This document shows, piece after piece, positions 8,211 to 16,755 of a stretch of 40,773 nt of DNA. Source of the DNA: Armatimonadota bacterium (GTDB taxonomy: Bacteria > Sysuimicrobiota > Sysuimicrobiia > Sysuimicrobiales > Humicultoraceae); the NCBI GenBank assembly GCA_052386995.1, contig JBQTJP010000131.1, forward strand, positions 1 to 40,773, in the 5' to 3' direction. A program made the position numbers and the translations under genes. Under the pieces are notes generated by a model. It was not told where the DNA came from and made no database searches. It saw nothing but the letters and a program-made list of their open reading frames with translations. The first letter of the stretch is position 1; the number at the start of each line of letters is the position of its first letter.

Positions 8211-11200
8211 GTGAGCAATTTACAACTAACTCTTCTCGGTCGGTTCTCCCTGACATCGGAAACGAGGCCCATACCCCTTGGGGATAGCGCGGCGCATCTG
8301 CTGGCCTACCTTGCTCTATCCTCCGGCGGCTTCATCTCCAGAAGCCGGGCAGCGGGAGCGCTCTGGCCCGATCTGTCTGAAGGAAGAGCCAGGGCGAACC
8401 TCAGTACTTCCATCTGGCGCCTTCACCGAACACTCTTGGAGCACCGTTGCCCGGCCGGCATTATCAAGGCGTCATCAAGCTCGCTGGGACTCGAAACTGA
8501 TCGATGCGAGGTCGATGTGGCGAACTTCCTGCGTGCCGCCTTGAGCCCTGCATCGCGTGCCCTTTCGTTAGACGCCCTGGCTCACGCTGTGCACGCTCTT
8601 GATCTCTACAAAGGTGATCTCTTGGAGGACTGGGATCTCGAGTGGTGCCGCCTCGAGAGAGAAGAACTCCGGCAGCGGTACGTTCATACGCTGCATGCAC
8701 TGAGCGAGGGCTTCGAACAACGAGGAAGAGGCGATCTCGCCTTGCAGTATGCCAGACGGGCAGCGCGGGCCGACCCATTCAATGAGACGCTCCAGCGCAC
8801 CCTTATGCGCCTGCTCTACCGTACGGGAGACAAGGCGGCGGCTGTAACCCAGTTCAACCGGTTTGCGCACCTTGCGAAATCGGAACTCGGCGTTGAGCCG
8901 GACAGAGAAACGATTGCCCTAGTACTCGAGATGCGACGCCCATCCTCTCTGTACTCCTCCAGCGAGCCTTTCGAGGCCCGAGGCCCGATGTCGAGTCGCC
9001 CGGAGAGGGTTCCGCTAGTCTGCCGAGACGTTGAACGTCTCGAGCTCAGCGTCCTCCTGGATTCCACAATGGCGGGAAGGGGAGGCGGGGTCTTGCTGGT
9101 AGGCGAGACCGGCATCGGCAAGTCAAAGCTTGCCGACTGGTTGACGGAAGAGTGGGCGGCGCGAGGTGGAGCTTCCGGACGTGGCAGATGTATCGAGTTC
9201 AATGACCCAGTCCCTTATCAGCCGCTGCTTGACGCGCTCGGGTCTTTCTTGGACGAAGCAGATCTGTCCGGGTTCGTCAGTGGAGACGGACGCGCGCCGA
9301 CGGCGAATTTGCTCGACGAGGCGGTCAGAGGTACAGTCGGCCAAGCGGACGTGGTGGAATCTTCCTGGCCTCCGGGGAAGCTGCGGCTCTTTGCCCGCCT
9401 CCGCTCGTGTCTGGAGGACGCCACCCGGCGCTGCCCGCTGCTCGTAGTGGTCGAAGACCTTCAGTGGGCCGACGCCAGTACTGTCGACTTCCTCGCTTAT
9501 CTGCTCGAAGGTGCCAGGAACATACCGCTGGCTCTACTGCTCACCTCGCGGCCCCCTGGAGGCGCCCGACACTCTTCTTACCTTGAACGGATCTCGCGCC
9601 ACTGCAGCCGCACGCTGCGGTTGGGGCCGCTGTCGATCGCGGAAACGATCCGGCTCGTGAAGTCGCTTCTCGATAGCGACGAGGCTTCGCTCAGTCTGGC
9701 GAAGTGGATCTATGCCGAGACCGAAGGAAACCCTTTGTTTGTCGTCGAGACGCTTCGCCTGCTTCAGCGGCAGGACAATGTTGAAACTTCGCCAGGCAAG
9801 GCTTTGGGAGATCCTGATCGGTCCATTTTCCCTCGCCAGGGTGACAGCATTCCTGAAGGAGTGCGCTCGGCTGTCGAGCAGCGGCTCGCCCTCATTGAAC
9901 CTGGTTCCCTGCGTGTCGCCCAGATTGCTTCGGTGCTCGGCCGAAGCTTTGACGAGGACCTTCTAGGCACGGTCGTAGGAGGGCGGCGAAACCGCCTGTC
10001 ACGCACCATCGGTCATCTACTGCAAGATGGCATTTTTGAGCGGGAGGGTGCGGGTTACCGGTTTTCACACGACAAGATACGAGCCGTTTGTTACGAGAGC
10101 CTCTCCACACGGGCGCGACGCATCTTTCACGCTAGGGCGGCCGCCGCGTTGGTACAACTGCCGGATATCCCAATTCATCGGCTTGCATGGCATCAACACT
10201 CCGCCGGGCAGTGGAACCTCGCGACGAGCTCCTGGGAACAGGCTGGAAATCGGGCGACGGAAGTCCATGCGTACGAGGAAGCCCTCAGCGCATACGGCCA
10301 TGCAATCTCCTGTGTTCAGCACGATACGACGGTGGACAGGGAGGCCAAGGTCGGTGCGGAGATTGGACTCCTTGCCAGGTCTGATGAAATCTTGGCGATT
10401 CTGGGGAAACCGAACGATAGAACGGTAGTCTTGAACCGGATAGGCTTGCTATGTCGGCAATCGTCGCGGACTTCCCACAAGACGGTGTGGTTCACCCGCA
10501 GAGCATTCCTAGAGGAGCATCTAGGAAATTTCGGGTTGGCTGCACGTCTTGCTCGCAGAGCTTGGATCCTGGCTCGGTCAGAGGGCGATCGCTCTGCGGA
10601 AACAGAGGCGCTCGGCATCCTGGCGTGGGCCCTGAACCGCGCGGGACGGCAGCACCGTTCTCTCTCGGTCTCACGGCTGGCTCTCAAAAGAATTGGAGGA
10701 CTGAAGTCGCCGCTTGTGGTCACACTGCTCTGTCAAGTTGCGGGTCTCTATATCAGGCTGAGCGACTACACTTCGGCGTCGTCGTATGTCGAACGAGCCA
10801 GGAACATCTCAGTTGCGTTAGGACTCGCAACGGAACACAATCACGTCATCATAATGCGAGCATTGCTAGACAAGTTCACAGGCGACCTGCAAACAGCCAG
10901 GTCTGGCATGCTGAACGCCCTCAAATTCGCCAGGGAGGCGGGTGATGCAGTCACCACCGCTCGGGTCACCTTCCAACTTTCTTCCATAGACGCGTACGAA
11001 GGAAAACTCGGCAATGCCCTCCAAAACCTGAGAAAGGCGACCGTTGCGAGTCGGTTAGCAGGTTACGGCCGCACGTACTTCGGTTGTTTGAATGAGGTGG
11101 CTTACGGCATTGGTCGTTTGATCGGCAACTATGGGTGGGCCTGGAACGCCGCAGCCCATTTCCAGCGGTTATCAGAAAGCGCAGGCAGCAGGACTCTTCA

Positions 11201-11869
11201 TGCCATGGTGCGGGATTCACAAGCCCAGATCCTTCAGGAGACACGGCGCCTGGACGAAGCCATGGTCGCCATCCGCGATGTGATCAATCTCTACTGGTTG
11301 GACGGATCGCCAACCGGTCCGTATCTTGAGGCGGTGCTCGACGTGGCATGATTCTCTTTGAATTGGGAGACTATCGGGCGGCTTTCGCTGATCTCGAAGC
11401 GGCGAAGAGCGAACAGCTTCAAATTGCGGATCGCCTTTTCGTAGTCGATACTTTGACATACCTGGCACTTACCCACGCAATGCTCGGCGACGCTAGTCGG
11501 GCACTTGCTACGTCTGAGGACGCCCTGCGCTTGCTCGGTGAATTGAACTACGCCAACATGCAGCCCCAGCGCGTCTTCTGGCATCACTACCTCATCCTCG
11601 AGAAGTTCAATCGTGAGCCGCGGCTGCACTATCTCCAACGGGCCGTCGAGTTCATCGAGGCGCAGGCGGCGACCATCTCGAAGGCGCAGGCGCGGAGGCT
11701 TCGGTTGGATGTGCGCCTGAACCGCGAGATCCTGGAGGCCTGGGAGCGGCAGAAAGAGCTCGAGCCTGCGGTTGGCGAGACGGCTGCATCGAGGGAGGCT
11801 GCCGCGCTCCGCATATCTGCTGCACCCGCGACGGAGCCCGCCTACGCGCCGATGGTCCTCACCGCGTAA
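8211..11869 (+). pseudogene. Paralogous SARP/BTAD-STAND-TPR regulator split by an apparent 1-nt deletion near 11331-11336 (ORFs 8211-11351 and 11348-11869)
   Basis: Colinear with 4543-8184 (GETGIGKS, LLVVVEDLQW, TEGNPLFV). The DNA reads GAG GCG GT|GCT CGA CGT GGC ATG. Adding one base gives EAVARRGMILFELG, which aligns with ESLARRGTIWLQLG of the intact paralog. Confidence 0.8.
11550..11748 (+). repeat. Conserved ~199-bp 3' segment, copy 2
   Basis: Direct repeat of 7883-8081 with mostly synonymous or conservative differences. Confidence 0.85.
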
Positions 11870-11956
11870 GGAATCCCCCCCGGTCGACGCGTGAGAGCCT
11901 CGCGAGAGACCGCGCCCCTACCTTAAGAACATTCCGTCGTCGAAGGGGTGCAGGCT

Positions 11957-12655
11957 ATGCAGGGGCAGGTCATCGCCCGGTTTCTCGTGGACCGTCCTAT
12001 CCGCCCCGGTATGGTGCGGGCCATCCTCGATACGCTCGCCGCGCAGGGCGGGGCCTACGAGCCGCAGCTGGTGCGTCGCTCCACCGATGGCAGCATGCGC
12101 CGCATCGCCGGGGGGCGGCCGGCCGGGCTGCTTGACGAGGTGGGGGAGGGCGGCACACAGACGACGTTCCTGCGCGTCGCGGAGGATCGCCCGCACCCTG
12201 TCCTCTCCTTTTCTGTCAGCCGCACGCCGCGCGCGCGGCCAACCGCCGTCCTCCTGACCGTGCCCGCGGCCGCGCTGGGTTCGAGTGGAGAAATCGACCG
12301 GCTGCTCGGCATCTGCAAGGGACTCTACCTGTTCCTCGAGGCCACGTGGGGTGTGGTGGGGATCGAGGAGGCTCCCCGCCGCGAGCGGGTTGGCGAGGCA
12401 TCGGCACCTGCGCACCTCGGCTGGGCGAATTTCTTTGGACCGGAGATCGTGCTGCGCATCGGGCCGGCCCGGCTGCTGACGTCGCTGGCGTTCATCGTGG
12501 AAATCCTTCCAGACGGTGGGATGATGCTCGTCACGCATCCGGCTCCCGAGATTGCGATGACCACAGACGGCCGAGGGCTGCGCGCGCAGATCGAGCGGGA
12601 CCTGAGCCTCAAGAGTGCCCTCCGCCCGATTCAGGCCAGCATGGCCGCGCCCTAA
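11957..12655 (+). CDS. Hypothetical protein, resembles polymorphic-toxin immunity proteins (Imm52/DUF3396-like C-terminus)
   Basis: Host-like codon usage. SD GAAGGGG precedes ATG 11957 (alternative GTG at 11948). C-terminal LGWANFFGPEIV.RIG...LL.....VE.LPDGGMMLV pattern recalled from immunity-protein families. Confidence 0.6.
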   Translation: MQGQVIARFLVDRPIRPGMVRAILDTLAAQGGAYEPQLVRRSTDGSMRRIAGGRPAGLLDEVGEGGTQTTFLRVAEDRPHPVLSFSVSRTPRARPTAVLLTVPAAALGSSGEIDRLLGICKGLYLFLEATWGVVGIEEAPRRERVGEASAPAHLGWANFFGPEIVLRIGPARLLTSLAFIVEILPDGGMMLVTHPAPEIAMTTDGRGLRAQIERDLSLKSALRPIQASMAAP

Positions 12656-12673
12656 CCGCCACCGCCCGCCCCC

Positions 12674-12721
12674 CCCCAACATGTAGGGCATCGTTCCCTC
12701 ACGCGCCCCTATATCTTCCGC
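12674..12721 (+). promoter_or_regulatory. Tandem NrdR-box-like sites upstream of mraZ
   Basis: cccCAACATGTAGggc (12674-12689, near-palindrome) and cccCTATATCTTccgc (12706-12721), 32 bp apart. Compared with the NrdR consensus acaCwAtATaTwGtgt. Confidence 0.5.
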
Positions 12722-12820
12722 TCCTGAGATGTTCGGCGGCTGAAAGCCGCGTCCTACGGGCCTTTCCGCCATCGGCCCTGAAAAATCTTTTGCAGGTTCT
12801 GGGCCTGAGAGGAGGACTTT

Positions 12821-12866
12821 GTGGGCAGACGGAGAAACAAGTGGGGCGAAGTGGAGAAAAGTGGGG
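12821..12866 (+). promoter_or_regulatory. MraZ binding repeats (GTGG-R)
   Basis: GTGGGC at 12821, GTGGGG at 12841, GTGGAG at 12851 and GTGGGG at 12861. The 10-bp periodicity is typical of MraZ operators ahead of dcw clusters. Confidence 0.8.
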
Positions 12867-13295
12867 ACACTCAAAGGCGAGTACCAGTACGCCCTCGACG
12901 AGAAAGGGCGGGTGGTCATCCCACCCAAGTTCCGGCACGTGCTGGGCGACCAGGTGGTGGCGACGCGGGGATTCGAGACGTGTATCGCCGTCTACTCGCC
13001 GCCCGAATGGCTCAGAGTCGAAGAAGGCGTACGCCAATTGCGGGCGGGGGCGGATCAGCAGACGGTTCTCCGCTACCTCCTGGCGAGCGCGGTTGACCTT
13101 GAAGTAGATCGTCAGGGACGAATCATGCTGCCGGTGTACTTACGACAGCATGCAAAGATCACACGGGAGGTGGTCGTGGTCGGTCTGAGCAATCGGCTCG
13201 AGATCTGGAGTCGGTCGCTGTGGACGGCCTACCTGAGCAAGGCGGGGAAGTCGGCGCCGAAACTGGCGGAGGATATCCCCGAACTGCGCATCTAG
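12861..13295 (+). CDS. mraZ: Division/cell wall cluster transcriptional repressor MraZ
   Basis: GEYQYALDEKGRVVIPPKFR and VDRQGRIMLP..LR..A.I..EVVVVG...RLEIW. GTG at 12861 gives the usual ~144-aa length (an upstream in-frame TTG at 12819 also exists). Confidence 0.95.
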   Translation: MGTLKGEYQYALDEKGRVVIPPKFRHVLGDQVVATRGFETCIAVYSPPEWLRVEEGVRQLRAGADQQTVLRYLLASAVDLEVDRQGRIMLPVYLRQHAKITREVVVVGLSNRLEIWSRSLWTAYLSKAGKSAPKLAEDIPELRI

Positions 13296-13298
13296 ACG

Positions 13299-14423
13299 AT
13301 GTCGGTGCCTGGCGGCGCGACCGGGCACGAGGTCCCGGGACACATCCCGGTGCTGCTCGACGAGGTCCTCACGTGGCTCGATCCCCGTCCCGGCGGGGTG
13401 TACGTGGACGCAACGATCGGCGCCGGGGGGCACGCGGAGGCGATTCTGGCGCGGATCACTCCGGGGGGACATCTGATCGGGATCGATCGCGATGCCGACG
13501 CGCTGGCGATCGCGAGGCAGCGGTTGGCTCCATACGCAGCGGCGGTCACATTTCGGCACGCGAACTTCACGGCGATCCGCGCGGTGGTAGCGGAGGCCGG
13601 ATACGAGGCGGTGGACGGCATCGTGATGGATCTGGGAGCCTCCTCGTTGCACTTCGATGCACCCGAGCGCGGGTTCAGCTTCTCGCGGCCTGGGCCTCTC
13701 GACATGCGGATGGACCGCACGCAGGGACTGCGCGCGGCCGATCTGGTGAACGAGCGCTCCGAGGCCGACCTCGAGAAGATCCTTCGGACCTACGGCGAGG
13801 AGCGGTGGGCGCGCCGGATCGCGCGGGCGATCGTGCGGCGCCGGCCCCTGCAGACGACCGACGAGCTCGCGGCCGCCGTGAGCCAGGCGATGCCCCGGCG
13901 GGCATGGCCCCGCGGGATTCATCCCGCCACGCGTACGTTCCAGGCGCTGCGCATTGCGACCAATCAGGAACTGGAGGCTTTGGAACAGGTCCTGCCAGAT
14001 GCGGTGGGGACTCTTCGGGGGGGCGGAAAACTCTGCGTCATTACCTTCCACTCCCTGGAAGATCGCATCGTCAAACACTCCTACCTGCGCCTCTCCCGTG
14101 CCTGCATCTGCCCTCCCGGGAGTCCCACCTGCACATGTGGACGCCGCCGGCTCGTCCGCGTCCTGACACGCCGGCCTATCACACCGTCGCTCGATGAAGT
14201 GCGTGCCAATCCGCGCGCGCGCAGCGCGAAACTGCGCGTCGCGGAACGACTCGCGTCCGACGAGGGGCGCGAACATGACTGGGCTCATCATGCAGATGCG
14301 TCGGGGGCCGGGCATCCCAGCGCTAGATCCACACTCCCCTCCATCCCTCCTGACATCGCTCCTCCGGCACCCGGCCTCCGACGTGTACGTGGTCCCGCGC
14401 CGCCGACGAGGCATGTCGCATGA
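13299..14423 (+). CDS. rsmH: 16S rRNA m4C1402 methyltransferase RsmH
   Basis: HIPVLLDEV, YVDATIGAGGHA, DLGASS, RGFSF...PLDMRMD, HPATRTFQALRI, ITFHSLEDRIVK and NPRARSAKLR, plus a ~55-aa low-complexity tail. Confidence 0.96.
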   Translation: MSVPGGATGHEVPGHIPVLLDEVLTWLDPRPGGVYVDATIGAGGHAEAILARITPGGHLIGIDRDADALAIARQRLAPYAAAVTFRHANFTAIRAVVAEAGYEAVDGIVMDLGASSLHFDAPERGFSFSRPGPLDMRMDRTQGLRAADLVNERSEADLEKILRTYGEERWARRIARAIVRRRPLQTTDELAAAVSQAMPRRAWPRGIHPATRTFQALRIATNQELEALEQVLPDAVGTLRGGGKLCVITFHSLEDRIVKHSYLRLSRACICPPGSPTCTCGRRRLVRVLTRRPITPSLDEVRANPRARSAKLRVAERLASDEGREHDWAHHADASGAGHPSARSTLPSIPPDIAPPAPGLRRVRGPAPPTRHVA

Positions 14424-14884
14424 TCGCCGCCGGGCGGCGCGCGCGCGTGTACCCCGTGTGGCTTCCCGACCGCACCGCTCCCGCGCCGGTACCGGTGCGG
14501 CGGCGGCGGCGGAGCCCGATCGCCGGTGTGATGGTGGTGGCGGTCTTCCTCACCCTGCCTGCTCTGTTCTATGTCGCGCAGCGCGCGCATCGAGCGGAAA
14601 CGGGCTATACGATCCTGCGGCTGCAGCGCGACGTCGCGCAGCTGCGCGCAGACAACGCGCGGCTCCTCTCATTGGCAGCTACGCTGAAGTCGCCGCAGAG
14701 GATCGAACACTACGCCACCCATGAGCTCGGCATGACGCCGCCCCGTCTGCCGCGGCTCGCCGCCATCACCATCAGGCCGGCCATCGCCCACGTTGAAGTG
14801 CCCGCCGAGCGCCGCGGCGCACTCAGCGTCATCGGCGCGTGGCTGGGGAGGAATGAGGCCGAGGCGAGCGAGCCCGTGCGATGA
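14420..14884 (+). CDS. ftsL: Cell division protein FtsL
   Basis: Basic N-terminus, one TM helix, a coiled coil and LKSPQRIEHYATHELGM. Canonical position between rsmH and ftsI. Confidence 0.85.
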   Translation: MIAAGRRARVYPVWLPDRTAPAPVPVRRRRRSPIAGVMVVAVFLTLPALFYVAQRAHRAETGYTILRLQRDVAQLRADNARLLSLAATLKSPQRIEHYATHELGMTPPRLPRLAAITIRPAIAHVEVPAERRGALSVIGAWLGRNEAEASEPVR

Positions 14885-16677
14885 CCCGGCAGTTCCGACG
14901 TCGCCCGCCCGGGCGGGACGCGCCCCCCGGGCGGCGTTCATTTCGGCGGGAGGCGGCCGTCGAGGCCGCGATGATCCACACGGTCCGGCGGCGGACGACC
15001 ATCGTCTTCGTGGTCCTGGGCCTGGCCATGGGCGGCCTCGCAGCCCGCCTGGTCTCGCTGCACGTGATCCAGGCACGGTCCCTGGAAGCGCTGGCCGAGC
15101 GCCAGCAGTCAGGCACGCTGCCGCTGGAGCCGCGGCGCGGCCGCCTGCTCGACCGCCTGGGCCGTCTGCTGGCCGTGAACGTCGACGCTGAGTCTGCCTT
15201 CGCGGCACCCTCGAAGATCGCCGATCCCGACCGGTTCGCGCGCATCGTGGCGCCGATCCTCGGCGTCCAGAGCGCCGAGATCCGGGCGCGTCTCCATCCA
15301 AACCGCCACTTCGTCTGGCTCGCGCGCAAAGTCTCGCCCGAGGTCGCCGCGCGCCTTCGGACAAAGGCATTGGGTGAGCAGCTCGGGTTCATTCCCGAAG
15401 CCCGCCGCGTCTATCCCAATGGCGCGCTGGCCGCACACGTGGTGGGATTTGCGGGCATTGACAATCAGGGTCTGGCCGGGGCGGAGCTGGCCTTCGACGC
15501 CTCGTTGCGCGGCCGGGCGGGCCTGGCGCTCATCGAGCGTGACGCGATGGGGCGGCCCCGCTTCGATACGCGCGAGGTTGTGCGCGAGCCGGTGGACGGC
15601 GCGGATGTGGTGCTGACGATCGACCAAGTCATTCAGCATATCGCGGAGCGGGAGCTCGACCGTGCGATCGCCGAGACGAAGGCGGCGTGGGGCACGATCC
15701 TTGTCATGGATCCCCGTAGCGGAGAGATGCTGGCGATCGCGACAACCCCGCGCTTTGACCCGAACGCCTACGGCCGGGCGAAGGCCACGCACTGGAACAA
15801 CGCGGCGCTGTCGACCATCATCGAACCGGGATCCACGTTCAAGATCGTCCTGGCCGCATCGGCGCTGCAGAGCGGCGCGGTGCGGCCCCGCGACGTATTC
15901 TTCAACACCGGCGCGCTCAAGGTGCCCGGCGGCTACGTCATCAGAGAAGCCCAGAACCGCCTCTACCCGCGCCAGACCCTCGGGGAGATCATCCGGCATT
16001 CCTCCAACATCGGCGCTGCGATGGTCGCGACCCGGCTGGGGGTGGATCGTTTCCACGACGGGATCAAGCGGTTTGGCTTTGGAGCGCCGACGGGGATCGA
16101 CCTTCCGGGAGAGGCGGCCGGTCTGGTACCGCCTCCGGCCCAATGGGTGGGGTCGCGGTTGCAAACCGCGGGATTCGGGCAGGGCATCTCGGCGACGCCG
16201 CTGCAGATGCTTACCGCCGCCGCGGCGATCGCCAACGACGGCGTCCTCGTGCGCCCCCGCGTGCTCCGTCTCGCCCGCGACCCCGAAGGCCGCGCGCTGA
16301 CGGTGACGGCGACGGAGGCGGTGGGGCAGGTGGTCGCGCCGGAGGTCGCGCGCGCGGTGCTCGCGATGTTGGAGGATGTGGTTGAGCGCGGGACGGGAAT
16401 CCAGGCGCGCATCGACGGGTATCGCGTGGCGGGCAAAACCGGCACAGCGCAGAAACCGTCCCCCCGCGGAGGGTACCTGTCCGACAATTACGTCGTCTCG
16501 TTCCTGGGCATCGTCCCGGCGGACCGGCCGGCGCTGGCGATCCTCGTGGTCCTCGACGGGCCGCGCGGCGTGCATTACGGTGGCACCACCGCGGCACCGA
16601 TCTTTCGCGCGGTCGCGACGCAGGTGCTGTGGCACCTGCGTGTGCCGCCGACCGCGGCACAGTTTGTCGGGCGCTAG
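14881..16677 (+). CDS. ftsI: Class B penicillin-binding protein (FtsI/PBP3-type transpeptidase)
   Basis: PRRGRLLDR, RVYPNG, GLAGAE, LTIDQVIQ, EPGSTFK (SxxK), HSSNIG (SxN) and GKTGTAQK. No PASTA domains. Confidence 0.95.
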   Translation: MTRQFRRRPPGRDAPPGRRSFRREAAVEAAMIHTVRRRTTIVFVVLGLAMGGLAARLVSLHVIQARSLEALAERQQSGTLPLEPRRGRLLDRLGRLLAVNVDAESAFAAPSKIADPDRFARIVAPILGVQSAEIRARLHPNRHFVWLARKVSPEVAARLRTKALGEQLGFIPEARRVYPNGALAAHVVGFAGIDNQGLAGAELAFDASLRGRAGLALIERDAMGRPRFDTREVVREPVDGADVVLTIDQVIQHIAERELDRAIAETKAAWGTILVMDPRSGEMLAIATTPRFDPNAYGRAKATHWNNAALSTIIEPGSTFKIVLAASALQSGAVRPRDVFFNTGALKVPGGYVIREAQNRLYPRQTLGEIIRHSSNIGAAMVATRLGVDRFHDGIKRFGFGAPTGIDLPGEAAGLVPPPAQWVGSRLQTAGFGQGISATPLQMLTAAAAIANDGVLVRPRVLRLARDPEGRALTVTATEAVGQVVAPEVARAVLAMLEDVVERGTGIQARIDGYRVAGKTGTAQKPSPRGGYLSDNYVVSFLGIVPADRPALAILVVLDGPRGVHYGGTTAAPIFRAVATQVLWHLRVPPTAAQFVGR

Positions 16678-16722
16678 CGGGGGGCGTCCGCCGGCCGCCG
16701 GCCGGGCCGGCGGGGCAAATAG

Positions 16723-16728
16723 TATAAT
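16723..16728 (+). promoter_or_regulatory. Possible internal -10 element (TATAAT) upstream of murE
   Basis: Perfect TATAAT in an AT-rich patch of the ftsI-murE gap, followed by SD GGAGGTG. No good -35. Confidence 0.4.
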
Positions 16729-16755
16729 GAACGGGGATAGCGTGGAGGTGCACGT

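Noticed and set aside
4543..11869. STAND proteins as Avs-type antiphage defence NTPases
   Set aside because: The N-terminal domain is a SARP wHTH+BTAD transcription-activator module, not a nuclease/TIR/sirtuin/protease effector, and no other defence genes are adjacent.
11918..12928. 336-aa minus-strand ORF
   Set aside because: It overlaps mraZ and the + strand gene, which has better codon usage and a protein-like sequence.
14275..14724. Alternative-frame ORF starting MTGLIMQMRR with a GAGGGG upstream
   Set aside because: It overlaps both rsmH and ftsL and the product is low-complexity with no family features.
16685..16715. GC-rich inverted repeat after ftsI as an intrinsic terminator
   Set aside because: No U-tract, and CCGG-rich low-complexity sequence pairs by chance.
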